Both the position numbers and the translations under genes were made by a program. Shown piece after piece: positions 1-8,450 of a stretch of DNA of 55,987 nt (position 1 is the stretch's first letter; every line of letters starts with the position of its first letter). Origin of the DNA: an uncultured Methanospirillum sp. (GTDB lineage: Archaea; Halobacteriota; Methanomicrobia; Methanomicrobiales; Methanospirillaceae); contig CAZWTX010000006.1 in the NCBI GenBank assembly GCA_964637135.1, positions 62,001 to 117,987 of the forward strand, given 5' to 3'. Below the pieces are notes generated by a model. That model saw only the letters and a program-made list of their open reading frames with translations, did not search any database and was not told the DNA's origin.

Positions 1-2
1 AA

Positions 3-817
3 ACACCTGTCGATCAACCGGACGGAATCGTCCGTGCCGCGGCAGAAGCCCTTCACCGGTTATGCAGGGAGTCAGGGATACCCTTTCCTGCCACGGTCGG
101 GGTATCTGTCGCCGGCCCGGTCAACGTTAGGGAAGGAACAATTGATCATCCACCCAACCTCCCTTTTGAGCGTGTCCCGGTGGGAAAACCTCTTCATGAA
201 CTGACCGGATGCCGGGTTTCTCTTCTCAACGACTGTGCCGCGGCAGTGATTGGCGAAATCACCGCCGGTGGGGGTAAAGGGTTTGATCATGTCGTGTACA
301 TAACTATCTCCACCGGGATCGGCGGCGGTGTTTCCTCCGGAGGGCATCTCCTGGGCGGCAGGGGGGGAAACGCAGCAGAAATTGGCCATTTTTTTGTGGA
401 CAGTACATTTCTCCTCCCCTGTAATTGCGGTGGCAGGGGCCACTGGGAAGCATATGCCGCAGGCAGCCGGATCCCCGTTTTCTTCAGGGAATGGTGTGGA
501 AAATCCGGAATTCACTTCCCTGAGTGGGGAACCACGGCTGAAGGAATACTCTCAGCCGGCCTTTCCGGTGATCCGGTGGCTGGTCCGTTCATCATGGATC
601 TCTCAACGATATACGGGCGTGGACTCTCTTCAGTGATTGTGGCATACGATCCTGAAGTCATCATCCTGGACGGTCCGGTACTCCGGGAACACCCAGGCCT
701 GATCCCCCTGATGATCGCACAGACTGACCGGTATCTTCCATTACCTACGGTTCTGGTCTCGCCGCTCGATGGCATGGCCCCGTTAATCGGTGCTGGCATT
801 ACAGCGCTCTCTGAAAT
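3..817 (+). CDS. ROK family sugar kinase (glucokinase-like), partial at both ends
   Basis: The frame is open from position 3 (TPVDQPDG...VGVSVAGPV...PPNL). It has the ROK motifs LLND, YITISTGIGGG, EIGH and CNCGGRGHWE. The 5' end lies outside the window and the 3' end runs into the N gap. Confidence 0.88.
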
Positions 818-827
818 NNNNNNNNNN
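818..827. other. Scaffold gap (10 N)
   Basis: Run of ten N. ORFs called across it (790..2130 and 180..854) have artificial ends. Confidence 0.99.
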
Positions 828-867
828 ATGTCTCCTGTACCCCTGGTACCGTAAATTTACCACTCCT

Positions 868-2130
868 ATGAACCCGTCGTACCTGTCCCGGATGATCATT
901 CTCGTGGTTATTTGTATTGCATCCCCGCTTCCGGTATCGGGGACAGTATCTGACGGATCACTCCTGGTTGCGGTATACACTGCCGGGAACTCTCTTGAGA
1001 GTTCTGAAGGACTCATAACAGATGACATCAGTCAGATGATCGCCGGCCTGAATGAAACGACAGGAGCAGTTGAGTTGCTCGTTGCATATGGCGGGGCAAA
1101 CAAGACCGGCTGGCACGGGATGACGGTTGCTTCGTCAGCCCAGCTCCGTGAAGACTTACAGGATGGTGTCATCGGGAATGAAACGTTCTTCCTGAAACGG
1201 TACCCGGATGCGGATATGGGTAATGGCACCAGCCTGAGCCTTTTCCTGTCGTATATCAGGGATGAATACCGGTTTGACCGGGTATTTCTCATCCTTATCG
1301 GTCATGGCCAGGCGTATACCGGGATGCTCTTTGACGAGAATCACGGAGATAACGGGCTTACCGTTGCAGAACTGGTATCCGCTTTCCAGTCCGGCGGGTA
1401 CAACGTGGATCTTCTTGGAATTGACTCATGCCTGATGAGCTGCACTGAAGTCGCATCCGGCACGGCAGGCTATGCCGGATACATGATCGCGAGCGAGGAG
1501 TCTGAACCGGCTGCAGGTTGGGAATACGAACCATGGATTCGCTACCTGGCCGGAAATCCCGGTGCAGCGCACGAGGATCATGCCCGGGTTCTGTTCGATG
1601 CCTACATGGCAGACCCTGAGCCTGGAAAAACGTTGAGCCTGCTGGATCTCTCGAAGATCGGTCTCGTCACCCGTGCACTGGATCAGTTCTCGCAGGATCT
1701 CACCGGTCTCCTTCATGATCCCGATGACCGTGTCCTGCTTGCAGAAGCAATCGCATCAACCTGCCAGTTCGGGCTGACCGAAACCGGTGAACGTGAGGAA
1801 GCAACCCTTGATCTCTACGATCTTGCTATCCAGGTCAGGGACCGGTTTCCATACCTGGAAACATCCGCAACCGGGCTTGTGGAGGCAGTTGACGAGACGG
1901 TCATCCTCTCCCGGCATGATGGCCTGACTCCGGGTGCACATGGCCTGTCAATCCTCTCGCCGGTGACGATCACCTCATCGTTCTTCGACTATTACCGGTC
2001 ACAGGCTGCAGTCACGCCGGCCTGGGATCGCTTTATTGCAGAGTATCTCTCCATGTGCGATGAAGACCGGAAAAATGAAACCCCGGGAGAATCTATCGTC
2101 TCCGGAAGTACCATGCCGCAAATCCGATAG
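868..2130 (+). CDS. Secreted clostripain-family (C11) cysteine peptidase
   Basis: Signal-peptide-like N-terminus, LILIGHG (catalytic His-Gly), GIDSCLM (catalytic Cys) and ASEESEP. The start is ATG 868 or 892. Confidence 0.8.
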   Translation: MNPSYLSRMIILVVICIASPLPVSGTVSDGSLLVAVYTAGNSLESSEGLITDDISQMIAGLNETTGAVELLVAYGGANKTGWHGMTVASSAQLREDLQDGVIGNETFFLKRYPDADMGNGTSLSLFLSYIRDEYRFDRVFLILIGHGQAYTGMLFDENHGDNGLTVAELVSAFQSGGYNVDLLGIDSCLMSCTEVASGTAGYAGYMIASEESEPAAGWEYEPWIRYLAGNPGAAHEDHARVLFDAYMADPEPGKTLSLLDLSKIGLVTRALDQFSQDLTGLLHDPDDRVLLAEAIASTCQFGLTETGEREEATLDLYDLAIQVRDRFPYLETSATGLVEAVDETVILSRHDGLTPGAHGLSILSPVTITSSFFDYYRSQAAVTPAWDRFIAEYLSMCDEDRKNETPGESIVSGSTMPQIR

Positions 2131-3829
2131 CCGGGATGGCAAGCCCTGGCCAGACCGGAGTTGCCGGTTGTTCCATCTTCAGGTTCTCGAGTTTCACGGT
2201 AACGCCGCTCAGGGCCGGCTGGAGATCAAGGGCACGCCGGTATGACTCCTCTGCCTTTGCCCGGTCACCTGCCATCCGGTAGAGATCACCCATCCGCTCG
2301 AAGAATGCAGCATCTTCAGGGGTCCCGTTCATTCGTTTCGTATACCCTGCAATAGCTTCGGACAGTTTTCCCTCTGTGACAAGTATCTCGCCCTGTGCTA
2401 TCGTCACCGCTTCCAGATCAGTGACATTTCCATAGGCCTTTGAGAGGGTTGAGAACGCTTCCTCGCTTCGTCCGAGATTGCTCAACGTCTTTGCCTTCTG
2501 GATCCAGAGTTCGGCATTACCTGGTTCTGCAAGGATGGCCCGGTCAAGGTAATCCAGTGCTTTCTCGGGATCTCCGGTCTGTGCCATGTTAATGCTTCGT
2601 CCAACCCATGCCCTCACATTAGCGGGATCGAGTTGGATGGCTGCATCATAGGCAACTGCAGCATCGTCAGTCCTGCCAAGGCCGGTCAGCGCATCTCCCT
2701 TCCCTGCCCAGGCAGCAGCCATCCGCGGGGTGAGAGCCGTGGTTATCTCGTATACTGCAAGTGCTTCCTGGTACCGTTCGAGCGCATTGAGGGCCCGTCC
2801 TTTCCCTGCCCATGCCGGGGAATCAGAAGGTGCAAGCCCGATTGCCTGTTCATAGGCAGCCAGTGCCTCGTCATACCGTCGCTCCTGCATCCATACGATA
2901 CCGATGCTCTTCCAGATTGAGGGGTCCGTCTTGTCAAAACGGAGTGCCATCTGGTATGCCTGGATTGCGTCATCGTACCGTTTCAGGCTGGTATAGACAT
3001 TCCCGAGGTTTGCCCAGGCCTTGACATCAGATCCGTTCAGGGCGATAGCCTCTTCGTATACGTCAACCGCATCGCTGTATTTCTTCAGATCGGCAAGGGT
3101 GAGCCCTTTGTTCGTGAGGGCAACACTGTCTTTCGGGTTATAAGCAAGGGCCATGTCATAACTCTTCAGGGCCTCTTCGAGAAGTCCGAGGTTGTATTGG
3201 GCATTTCCCTTGTTATACCAGGCTTTGCTGTCTTTGCTGTTGTGCTGGAGGGCAACTTCGTATGCCTTTATCGCCTCTTCGAAAATCCCCTTGCTGTAGT
3301 AGGCGTTTCCCTTTTCAAACCAGGTTTCGTCATTCGTGGGATCCAGCTGGATAGCTGCATCATATGCCCGGATGGCATCATCGAACTGGTTCTGTCCGGA
3401 CAGGACATTCCCTTTCGCCACCCATGCTGCCACATCAGAAGGGTCAAGCTGGATGGCGACATCAAAGGCAGCATACGCCTCGCTCAGGAGGTTCTTGCTG
3501 AGCAGGGCATTCCCCTTGTTGTACCAGTAATCAGCATTCCGTGGTTCAAGCCCGATTGCCACTTCATAGGCGGCGATTGCCTCGTCAGCCCTTCCCAGCA
3601 TGTACAGGCTGACACCCTTGTTATACCAGGCTGCTGCATTCGAGGGATCCAGTTCGATTGCCTGTTCAAAGGCAGTAATTGCTTCATCATATAGTTTCTG
3701 CCCGTAAAGGGCATTCCCGGTAGTAAACCAATCTGCTGAAGACTCCGCTCCGAATACGTCTTCAGGAATGGCGGATATGGTGAGGATAAGGAGAATGCAG
3801 ATGAAAAAAGAAGGACGGACCGGGTTCAT
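2093..3829 (-). CDS. Exported tetratricopeptide repeat protein with C-terminal membrane anchor
   Basis: Signal peptide, many 34-aa W-x-N-K-G...A...A...P repeats, and the C-terminus PATPVWPGLAIPAIGFAAWYFRRR. Confidence 0.9.
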   Translation of the reverse strand: MNPVRPSFFICILLILTISAIPEDVFGAESSADWFTTGNALYGQKLYDEAITAFEQAIELDPSNAAAWYNKGVSLYMLGRADEAIAAYEVAIGLEPRNADYWYNKGNALLSKNLLSEAYAAFDVAIQLDPSDVAAWVAKGNVLSGQNQFDDAIRAYDAAIQLDPTNDETWFEKGNAYYSKGIFEEAIKAYEVALQHNSKDSKAWYNKGNAQYNLGLLEEALKSYDMALAYNPKDSVALTNKGLTLADLKKYSDAVDVYEEAIALNGSDVKAWANLGNVYTSLKRYDDAIQAYQMALRFDKTDPSIWKSIGIVWMQERRYDEALAAYEQAIGLAPSDSPAWAGKGRALNALERYQEALAVYEITTALTPRMAAAWAGKGDALTGLGRTDDAAVAYDAAIQLDPANVRAWVGRSINMAQTGDPEKALDYLDRAILAEPGNAELWIQKAKTLSNLGRSEEAFSTLSKAYGNVTDLEAVTIAQGEILVTEGKLSEAIAGYTKRMNGTPEDAAFFERMGDLYRMAGDRAKAEESYRRALDLQPALSGVTVKLENLKMEQPATPVWPGLAIPAIGFAAWYFRRR

Positions 3830-3874
3830 CGTGGACGAGGTTGGGGGCGGGTGAATATATAGTTTCCAATCCGC

Positions 3875-5257
3875 TCATATCTCTTTCCGTTGTTCAGCCC
3901 GCCTGATTCTCACCAGCGGGGAACTCTTCTGAAGAAATGCCGAGATGAAGACCTCGAATCCCTCCTGCCAGCAGTCAGTTCCCCGGTGAACCGCGTATCC
4001 TTCCTGCATCGAGATCTTAATGTGCTTTCCAAGAGCTGTTCCGAAGACCTCCTGCGAGGAGAGGAGTTCGTATGCAGAACGATACTTTCTCGGTATCTCG
4101 ACACCGTACTTTCCGTCCCTGATATACGGCCCTGCAAAGATTGAGGGATCATTGAGGTATTTATTCACGAATTTTTCGGCATTTACAGCTGCAACAACCG
4201 GCGGGCCGGAATGATACCTGAGTGCAGGGAGGGTATCCACCAGCAGTTCGAACAGGAGCATCGACCGGTCGGGCCGCATCTCGCAATCTGCCCGGGCGAT
4301 AACAAATTCGCGCCTGACGAGAAGATCGCATATTCCGGTGAGGCTGCGCCTGAGCTGGGGAACGATGACATCCTCGATGAACTCCGGTGTCCTGAAAGTA
4401 ATGGCAAGGAACGCTGATTCCCGGCCGGAAAGAAGGCGGGTGACATCCGCCCCGGTGAGTATACAGACCTGTGGCCGGTAGAAGAACCATCGCGAGGGTG
4501 ATTTGAGGTATCCCCTGCAGAGTTCAACAAACTCAAAGAACCTGGTGAGCGAGACTGAAGCCGATACATTCCTGCAGGGGTCGACCGGGTCGATGACTAC
4601 GAGGGGATCTTCGAATGACTTCTGTCCATGATGCTCGATGTCAATAACCAGACCCGGTTTCCACCCGGCACCAGCTGCAATCAGGCTGGAGAATCCTCCG
4701 TAATGGAGAACGAGCAGTTCACAGAGGTACCCGGCAAAACCTTCAGTCATCTGGTCTGATCCGTATACCCCTCCTGCTTTCACAAACTGCTTGAGGAGGA
4801 GGACATCATCCTCTAACCCGTTTATCCGTGCCGTGATGTACCGGTTATGAAACGGGGTACGGTCCACGGCACTCTGTATGCCGGTGGCAGATGCGACCCG
4901 GTAGCAGGGTACAAGGTCCACATCCACTTCCCCGATGGTGGCGTTCACGTATGGATGTTCGGCATATTTCATCCTGATATCAGAGGTGTACCTGCCTGCA
5001 ATATGGTTGGCTAGGGCCAGCCCCTCGCGTTCCAGGTCTTCGCGCTGGAGAGCAGGATCAAAGAGCATGAAAATGTCCAGGTCACGGTCTCCCCTGACAC
5101 AGGTTCGTCTCGCCACGGATCCGACCATCATCCCGTCTGCCTTTCCGGAAGCCCGGATCTCACCGATGATCTCATCGGCGAGGAGGTTAATCTGTTTGAT
5201 CTCCTCTTCGGTCGGTCTGATAACCTCCAGGATCTCCTCTTCAAGGGCAGTTCTCAT
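3875..5257 (-). CDS. cca: Archaeal class I CCA-adding tRNA nucleotidyltransferase
   Basis: GSVARRT...DRDLDIF nucleotidyltransferase motif, YAEHPY, SAVDRTPFH, GFAGYLCELL. Confidence 0.96.
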   Translation of the reverse strand: MRTALEEEILEVIRPTEEEIKQINLLADEIIGEIRASGKADGMMVGSVARRTCVRGDRDLDIFMLFDPALQREDLEREGLALANHIAGRYTSDIRMKYAEHPYVNATIGEVDVDLVPCYRVASATGIQSAVDRTPFHNRYITARINGLEDDVLLLKQFVKAGGVYGSDQMTEGFAGYLCELLVLHYGGFSSLIAAGAGWKPGLVIDIEHHGQKSFEDPLVVIDPVDPCRNVSASVSLTRFFEFVELCRGYLKSPSRWFFYRPQVCILTGADVTRLLSGRESAFLAITFRTPEFIEDVIVPQLRRSLTGICDLLVRREFVIARADCEMRPDRSMLLFELLVDTLPALRYHSGPPVVAAVNAEKFVNKYLNDPSIFAGPYIRDGKYGVEIPRKYRSAYELLSSQEVFGTALGKHIKISMQEGYAVHRGTDCWQEGFEVFISAFLQKSSPLVRIRRAEQRKEI

Positions 5258-5808
5258 GACGTTCCCCCAAGGGGATATACCCTGATATCGGTGTATACCG
5301 GTCCCTGCGGTGTCAGTTCGCTTTTTTTCAGGATAAACCGATCAACCGTGATTGTTCCGGAGCATTCGCAGGTTATTCCCGCTACTGCTTCAAAGATCGA
5401 GGGGTGGAATTGTTTTATCCGTGCAATCGTGATATGAGGATGATATGCCCGCTTTTCTGCCGGGATCCCAAGGGGCCCTAAAACCCGGTCGATCTCGCCG
5501 GCAAGTTTCCTGCAATATCCCTGTTCATCATCAAGATCACTCCATATGACCCGTGGATTATGCTGGCTGTTTGTGGTTATCAGGCCGGGGATAATCCGGA
5601 AAGGATCCATCCGTATCGTTGAGAGCGCCTCTGATATCCGGTCCATCCGTGATCCTTCCACCTCACCGATGAACTTCAGGGTAATATGGAGCGAATTCCG
5701 GCTGACGAGAGAGAGACGTGCCCTGCTTTGCTTGAGGGATGGTTGCAGAAAGAAGTACTGGTCCCTGACCTCATCAGGGAGATCAATGGCAACGAACAGG
5801 CGGACCAT
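5254..5808 (-). CDS. thpR: RNA 2',3'-cyclic phosphodiesterase (2H family)
   Basis: RLFVAI N-terminus and two HxT motifs (HITLKF, HPHITIAR). It overlaps the cca start. Confidence 0.93.
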   Translation of the reverse strand: MVRLFVAIDLPDEVRDQYFFLQPSLKQSRARLSLVSRNSLHITLKFIGEVEGSRMDRISEALSTIRMDPFRIIPGLITTNSQHNPRVIWSDLDDEQGYCRKLAGEIDRVLGPLGIPAEKRAYHPHITIARIKQFHPSIFEAVAGITCECSGTITVDRFILKKSELTPQGPVYTDIRVYPLGGTS

Positions 5809-5964
5809 GCTCTCTTCAGATTTGAGGGGAAGGTGTATATCCCTGACGGAATCCGTATACCCTCACAACCCTCGAATATATAGTCGTTTTGAGTTAAACC
5901 GGGGTGTTTAGGCGATTTGCAAATAAATTATTAGATAGACAACCTAAACTTACACTTATTCACC

Positions 5965-6225
5965 ATGTCAACAGGGGCAGGCTTCATCGTATATTCACTC
6001 GAATTTTGTCCGAGGTGTGAACTCCTGAAAGAGTATCTCACCTCCCGGAGTATTCCCTTTACCGTGACAGACATGTCTTCGGCCGTGGCATTGACTGAAC
6101 TGAGGGTCAATGGCATTTTCGTACAGGAAGGCCCGGTTCTTCAGAGTGGAAAGAAATTTCTGACTACAAAGGAGCTCTTTTCAGGGGACCGGATTATTGA
6201 GGATGCAATTTCCGGACTCCTGTAG
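5965..6225 (+). CDS. nrdH: Glutaredoxin/NrdH-like redoxin
   Basis: 86-aa thioredoxin fold with CPRC. Its stop directly abuts nrdD. Confidence 0.8.
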   Translation: MSTGAGFIVYSLEFCPRCELLKEYLTSRSIPFTVTDMSSAVALTELRVNGIFVQEGPVLQSGKKFLTTKELFSGDRIIEDAISGLL

Positions 6226-8439
6226 GTGTTTGGATTGAGCAGAGGTTCACGACAGACCACTCTTGACGGGATCGAGATCCCCCAGATGCCCCAGGTCAGA
6301 ACAAGTGACGGGCATATCCTCGAATGGGACCGTGACCGTATCGTCAGGCAGATTATCACGGAAACGAGGCTGGTAGAGACTTTTTATGGGTATGACGGGG
6401 CAGATGAGGCAACTGCCCAGGACATCGCCCGCGGTGTCGAGGAGCGGATCAGGAAGATGGGCCTGAAGACGCTCTCCGGGCCGTTGATCCGTGAGATCAT
6501 GAACATTGTCCTGCTTGAACGGGGTCATGTCCAATGGCGGAACGTCTGTACACGGGTCGGAACACCGGTGTATGATGCCCACCTGATCGATGTCGGCTGT
6601 GGATTTGAAGCGCATGATAATGCCAATCTCCAGGAGAACGCGGAGACATCGCATAAAAAGAAGGCAGACAAGATCAGCAAGGAGCAGTATCTCCTCTCCC
6701 TCCCGCCGCACCTGGCAGACCGGCATCTCTGTGGGGATCTTCATATCCATGATCTCGAGTATTTCGGAAGCAGGCCGTTCTGCCAGGACTGGGATCTCAG
6801 GTATTTCCTGTATTACGGCCTGATGCCTGACGGTAACGGGACAAAGGCATCGGTTGCCGGGCCTGCAAACCGTGCGGAGGTTGCCGTCCTGCATGCAGTC
6901 AAGGCACTCGGGAGTGCCCAGACGAACTTTGCCGGTGGCCAGGGGTACTACAATTTTCTGACATTCCTTGCACCGTACTTCGAAGGGATGCCCTACGGGG
7001 AGATGAAGCAGCTGATGCAGATGTTTGTCTACGAGATGACCCAGATGATGGTGGCACGGGGAGGTCAGCTCGTTTTTTCCTCGGTGCAGCTCTCCCCTGG
7101 TGTCCCCCGGCTCTGGCGCGATAAACCCTGTGTGTTCAAGGGGAGGGTCTGGGACGGGAAAAACGGGATCCCTCTCAAGACATACGGTGAATTTGAGAAG
7201 GAAGTGCGTCTTCTTTTCAAGGCCCTGATAGAGGTGATGCTTGAGGGGGATTACTGGGGAAAACCGTTCAACTTTCCCAAACCGGAGATCAGCATCGAGC
7301 CGGACTTCATCAGCGAAGACGAAAAATTCAATGCAGATAATCCCGATCTCCCAACCTACGAAGATCTCTACCTGATGACATTCGAACTGGCATCCAAGTT
7401 CGGCACTCCCTATTATGACAACCAGCTTCCCCCGTACCGGGGCGCCGGCGAGGGTATCTCCTGTTATCAGTGCTGTGCGTACCAGTTTTCGACAGTGGCA
7501 GAGAAGGACCAGGATTTTGAGAAGAAACTCTTCTTCGAAGATGGGTACCACTTCTCGATGGGGTCATGGGGAGTCGTCACCCTGAACTGTCCCCGTGCCT
7601 CATACAAGGCGGGCGGGGACGATGAACGCCTTTTTGCCGAGTTACGTGCGATGATGGATACAGCGGTCGAAATATTCAAGATAAAACTCCGCTGGATGGA
7701 CCTGATCAAAAAGAACGGCCGGATGCCCTTTGCCATGCAACGGCCTCGTGATCCGGTAACCGGCGAGCGGGGTGCTATCGCAGTTGATTTTGACGGACTT
7801 GTATATACAATCGGGATCGTTGGGCTCAACGAGATGGTTCAGCACTTCACCGGCGCCCAGCTGCATGAGTCTGATGACGCGTTCCGTATGGCGGTCAGGA
7901 CCATGACCGAGATGGAACTGTATGCACGCGAACTTTCTGAGAAGCACAACATGACCCTTGCCCTCGCCCGGACACCTGCAGAGACGACCGGCCAGCGGTT
8001 TGCCGTTGCAGATCTGCTCCACCGCGAGTATCACGACGAAGCGGTCAGGGTGATCAAAGGAAACCTGGAAACTGCCCTTACCCGGCTCGGGGAGACGCGT
8101 GACCTCCCGGTGTACTACACCAACGGTACGCATGTGGCACCGGGGGCAGACATCCCGCTCGCCCGTCGGGCTGAACTGGAACATGTATTCTTCCCGATCG
8201 TGGACGGGGGGAACATCTTTCACATCTGGCTCGGGGAAACACGCCCCGATCCCCGTGGCCTCATGGACATGGCCATGAAACTCTGCAGGAATACTCAGAT
8301 CGGCTACTTTGCTTTTACCCGCGATCTGACGGTATCACTTCACCAGTTTACCGAGTGGCGGAGAACACGAAAGGACGTTCTCACCGGTGAGAAGGGACAC
8401 GCGGATCCTACAACCCGCCAGACCGCCATCCTGGGATGA
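6226..8439 (+). CDS. nrdD: Anaerobic (class III) ribonucleoside-triphosphate reductase catalytic subunit, lacking the C-terminal Zn-ribbon/glycyl-radical domain
   Basis: ATP cone (PQVRTSDG...DRDRI), HLCGDLHIHDLEY, FPKP, YQCC, TPAE, YYTNG, GGNIFH. The start is GTG 6226 or TTG 6235. Confidence 0.93.
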   Translation: MFGLSRGSRQTTLDGIEIPQMPQVRTSDGHILEWDRDRIVRQIITETRLVETFYGYDGADEATAQDIARGVEERIRKMGLKTLSGPLIREIMNIVLLERGHVQWRNVCTRVGTPVYDAHLIDVGCGFEAHDNANLQENAETSHKKKADKISKEQYLLSLPPHLADRHLCGDLHIHDLEYFGSRPFCQDWDLRYFLYYGLMPDGNGTKASVAGPANRAEVAVLHAVKALGSAQTNFAGGQGYYNFLTFLAPYFEGMPYGEMKQLMQMFVYEMTQMMVARGGQLVFSSVQLSPGVPRLWRDKPCVFKGRVWDGKNGIPLKTYGEFEKEVRLLFKALIEVMLEGDYWGKPFNFPKPEISIEPDFISEDEKFNADNPDLPTYEDLYLMTFELASKFGTPYYDNQLPPYRGAGEGISCYQCCAYQFSTVAEKDQDFEKKLFFEDGYHFSMGSWGVVTLNCPRASYKAGGDDERLFAELRAMMDTAVEIFKIKLRWMDLIKKNGRMPFAMQRPRDPVTGERGAIAVDFDGLVYTIGIVGLNEMVQHFTGAQLHESDDAFRMAVRTMTEMELYARELSEKHNMTLALARTPAETTGQRFAVADLLHREYHDEAVRVIKGNLETALTRLGETRDLPVYYTNGTHVAPGADIPLARRAELEHVFFPIVDGGNIFHIWLGETRPDPRGLMDMAMKLCRNTQIGYFAFTRDLTVSLHQFTEWRRTRKDVLTGEKGHADPTTRQTAILG

Positions 8440-8450
8440 TCCTGTCCGGA

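Noticed and set aside
790..867. Longer N-terminus of the peptidase and C-terminal extension of the ROK gene across the N run
   Set aside because: These are artefacts of translating through a scaffold gap of unknown true length.
2300..3720. Periodic ~102-nt similarity that could suggest a repeat array
   Set aside because: It is explained by 34-aa TPR coding repeats. There are no identical repeats with unique spacers, so it is not CRISPR.
6247..7551. 434-aa antisense ORF inside nrdD, and similar long shadow ORFs such as 48178..49221 and 22140..22892
   Set aside because: They lie fully opposite well-supported genes and have no motifs. Such ORFs are expected from codon bias at this GC content.
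8335..8450. Programmed frameshift or readthrough restoring the NrdD glycyl-radical domain
   Set aside because: No CxxC or RxxGY appears in the alternative frames, and the convergent gene ends only 11 bp after the stop.
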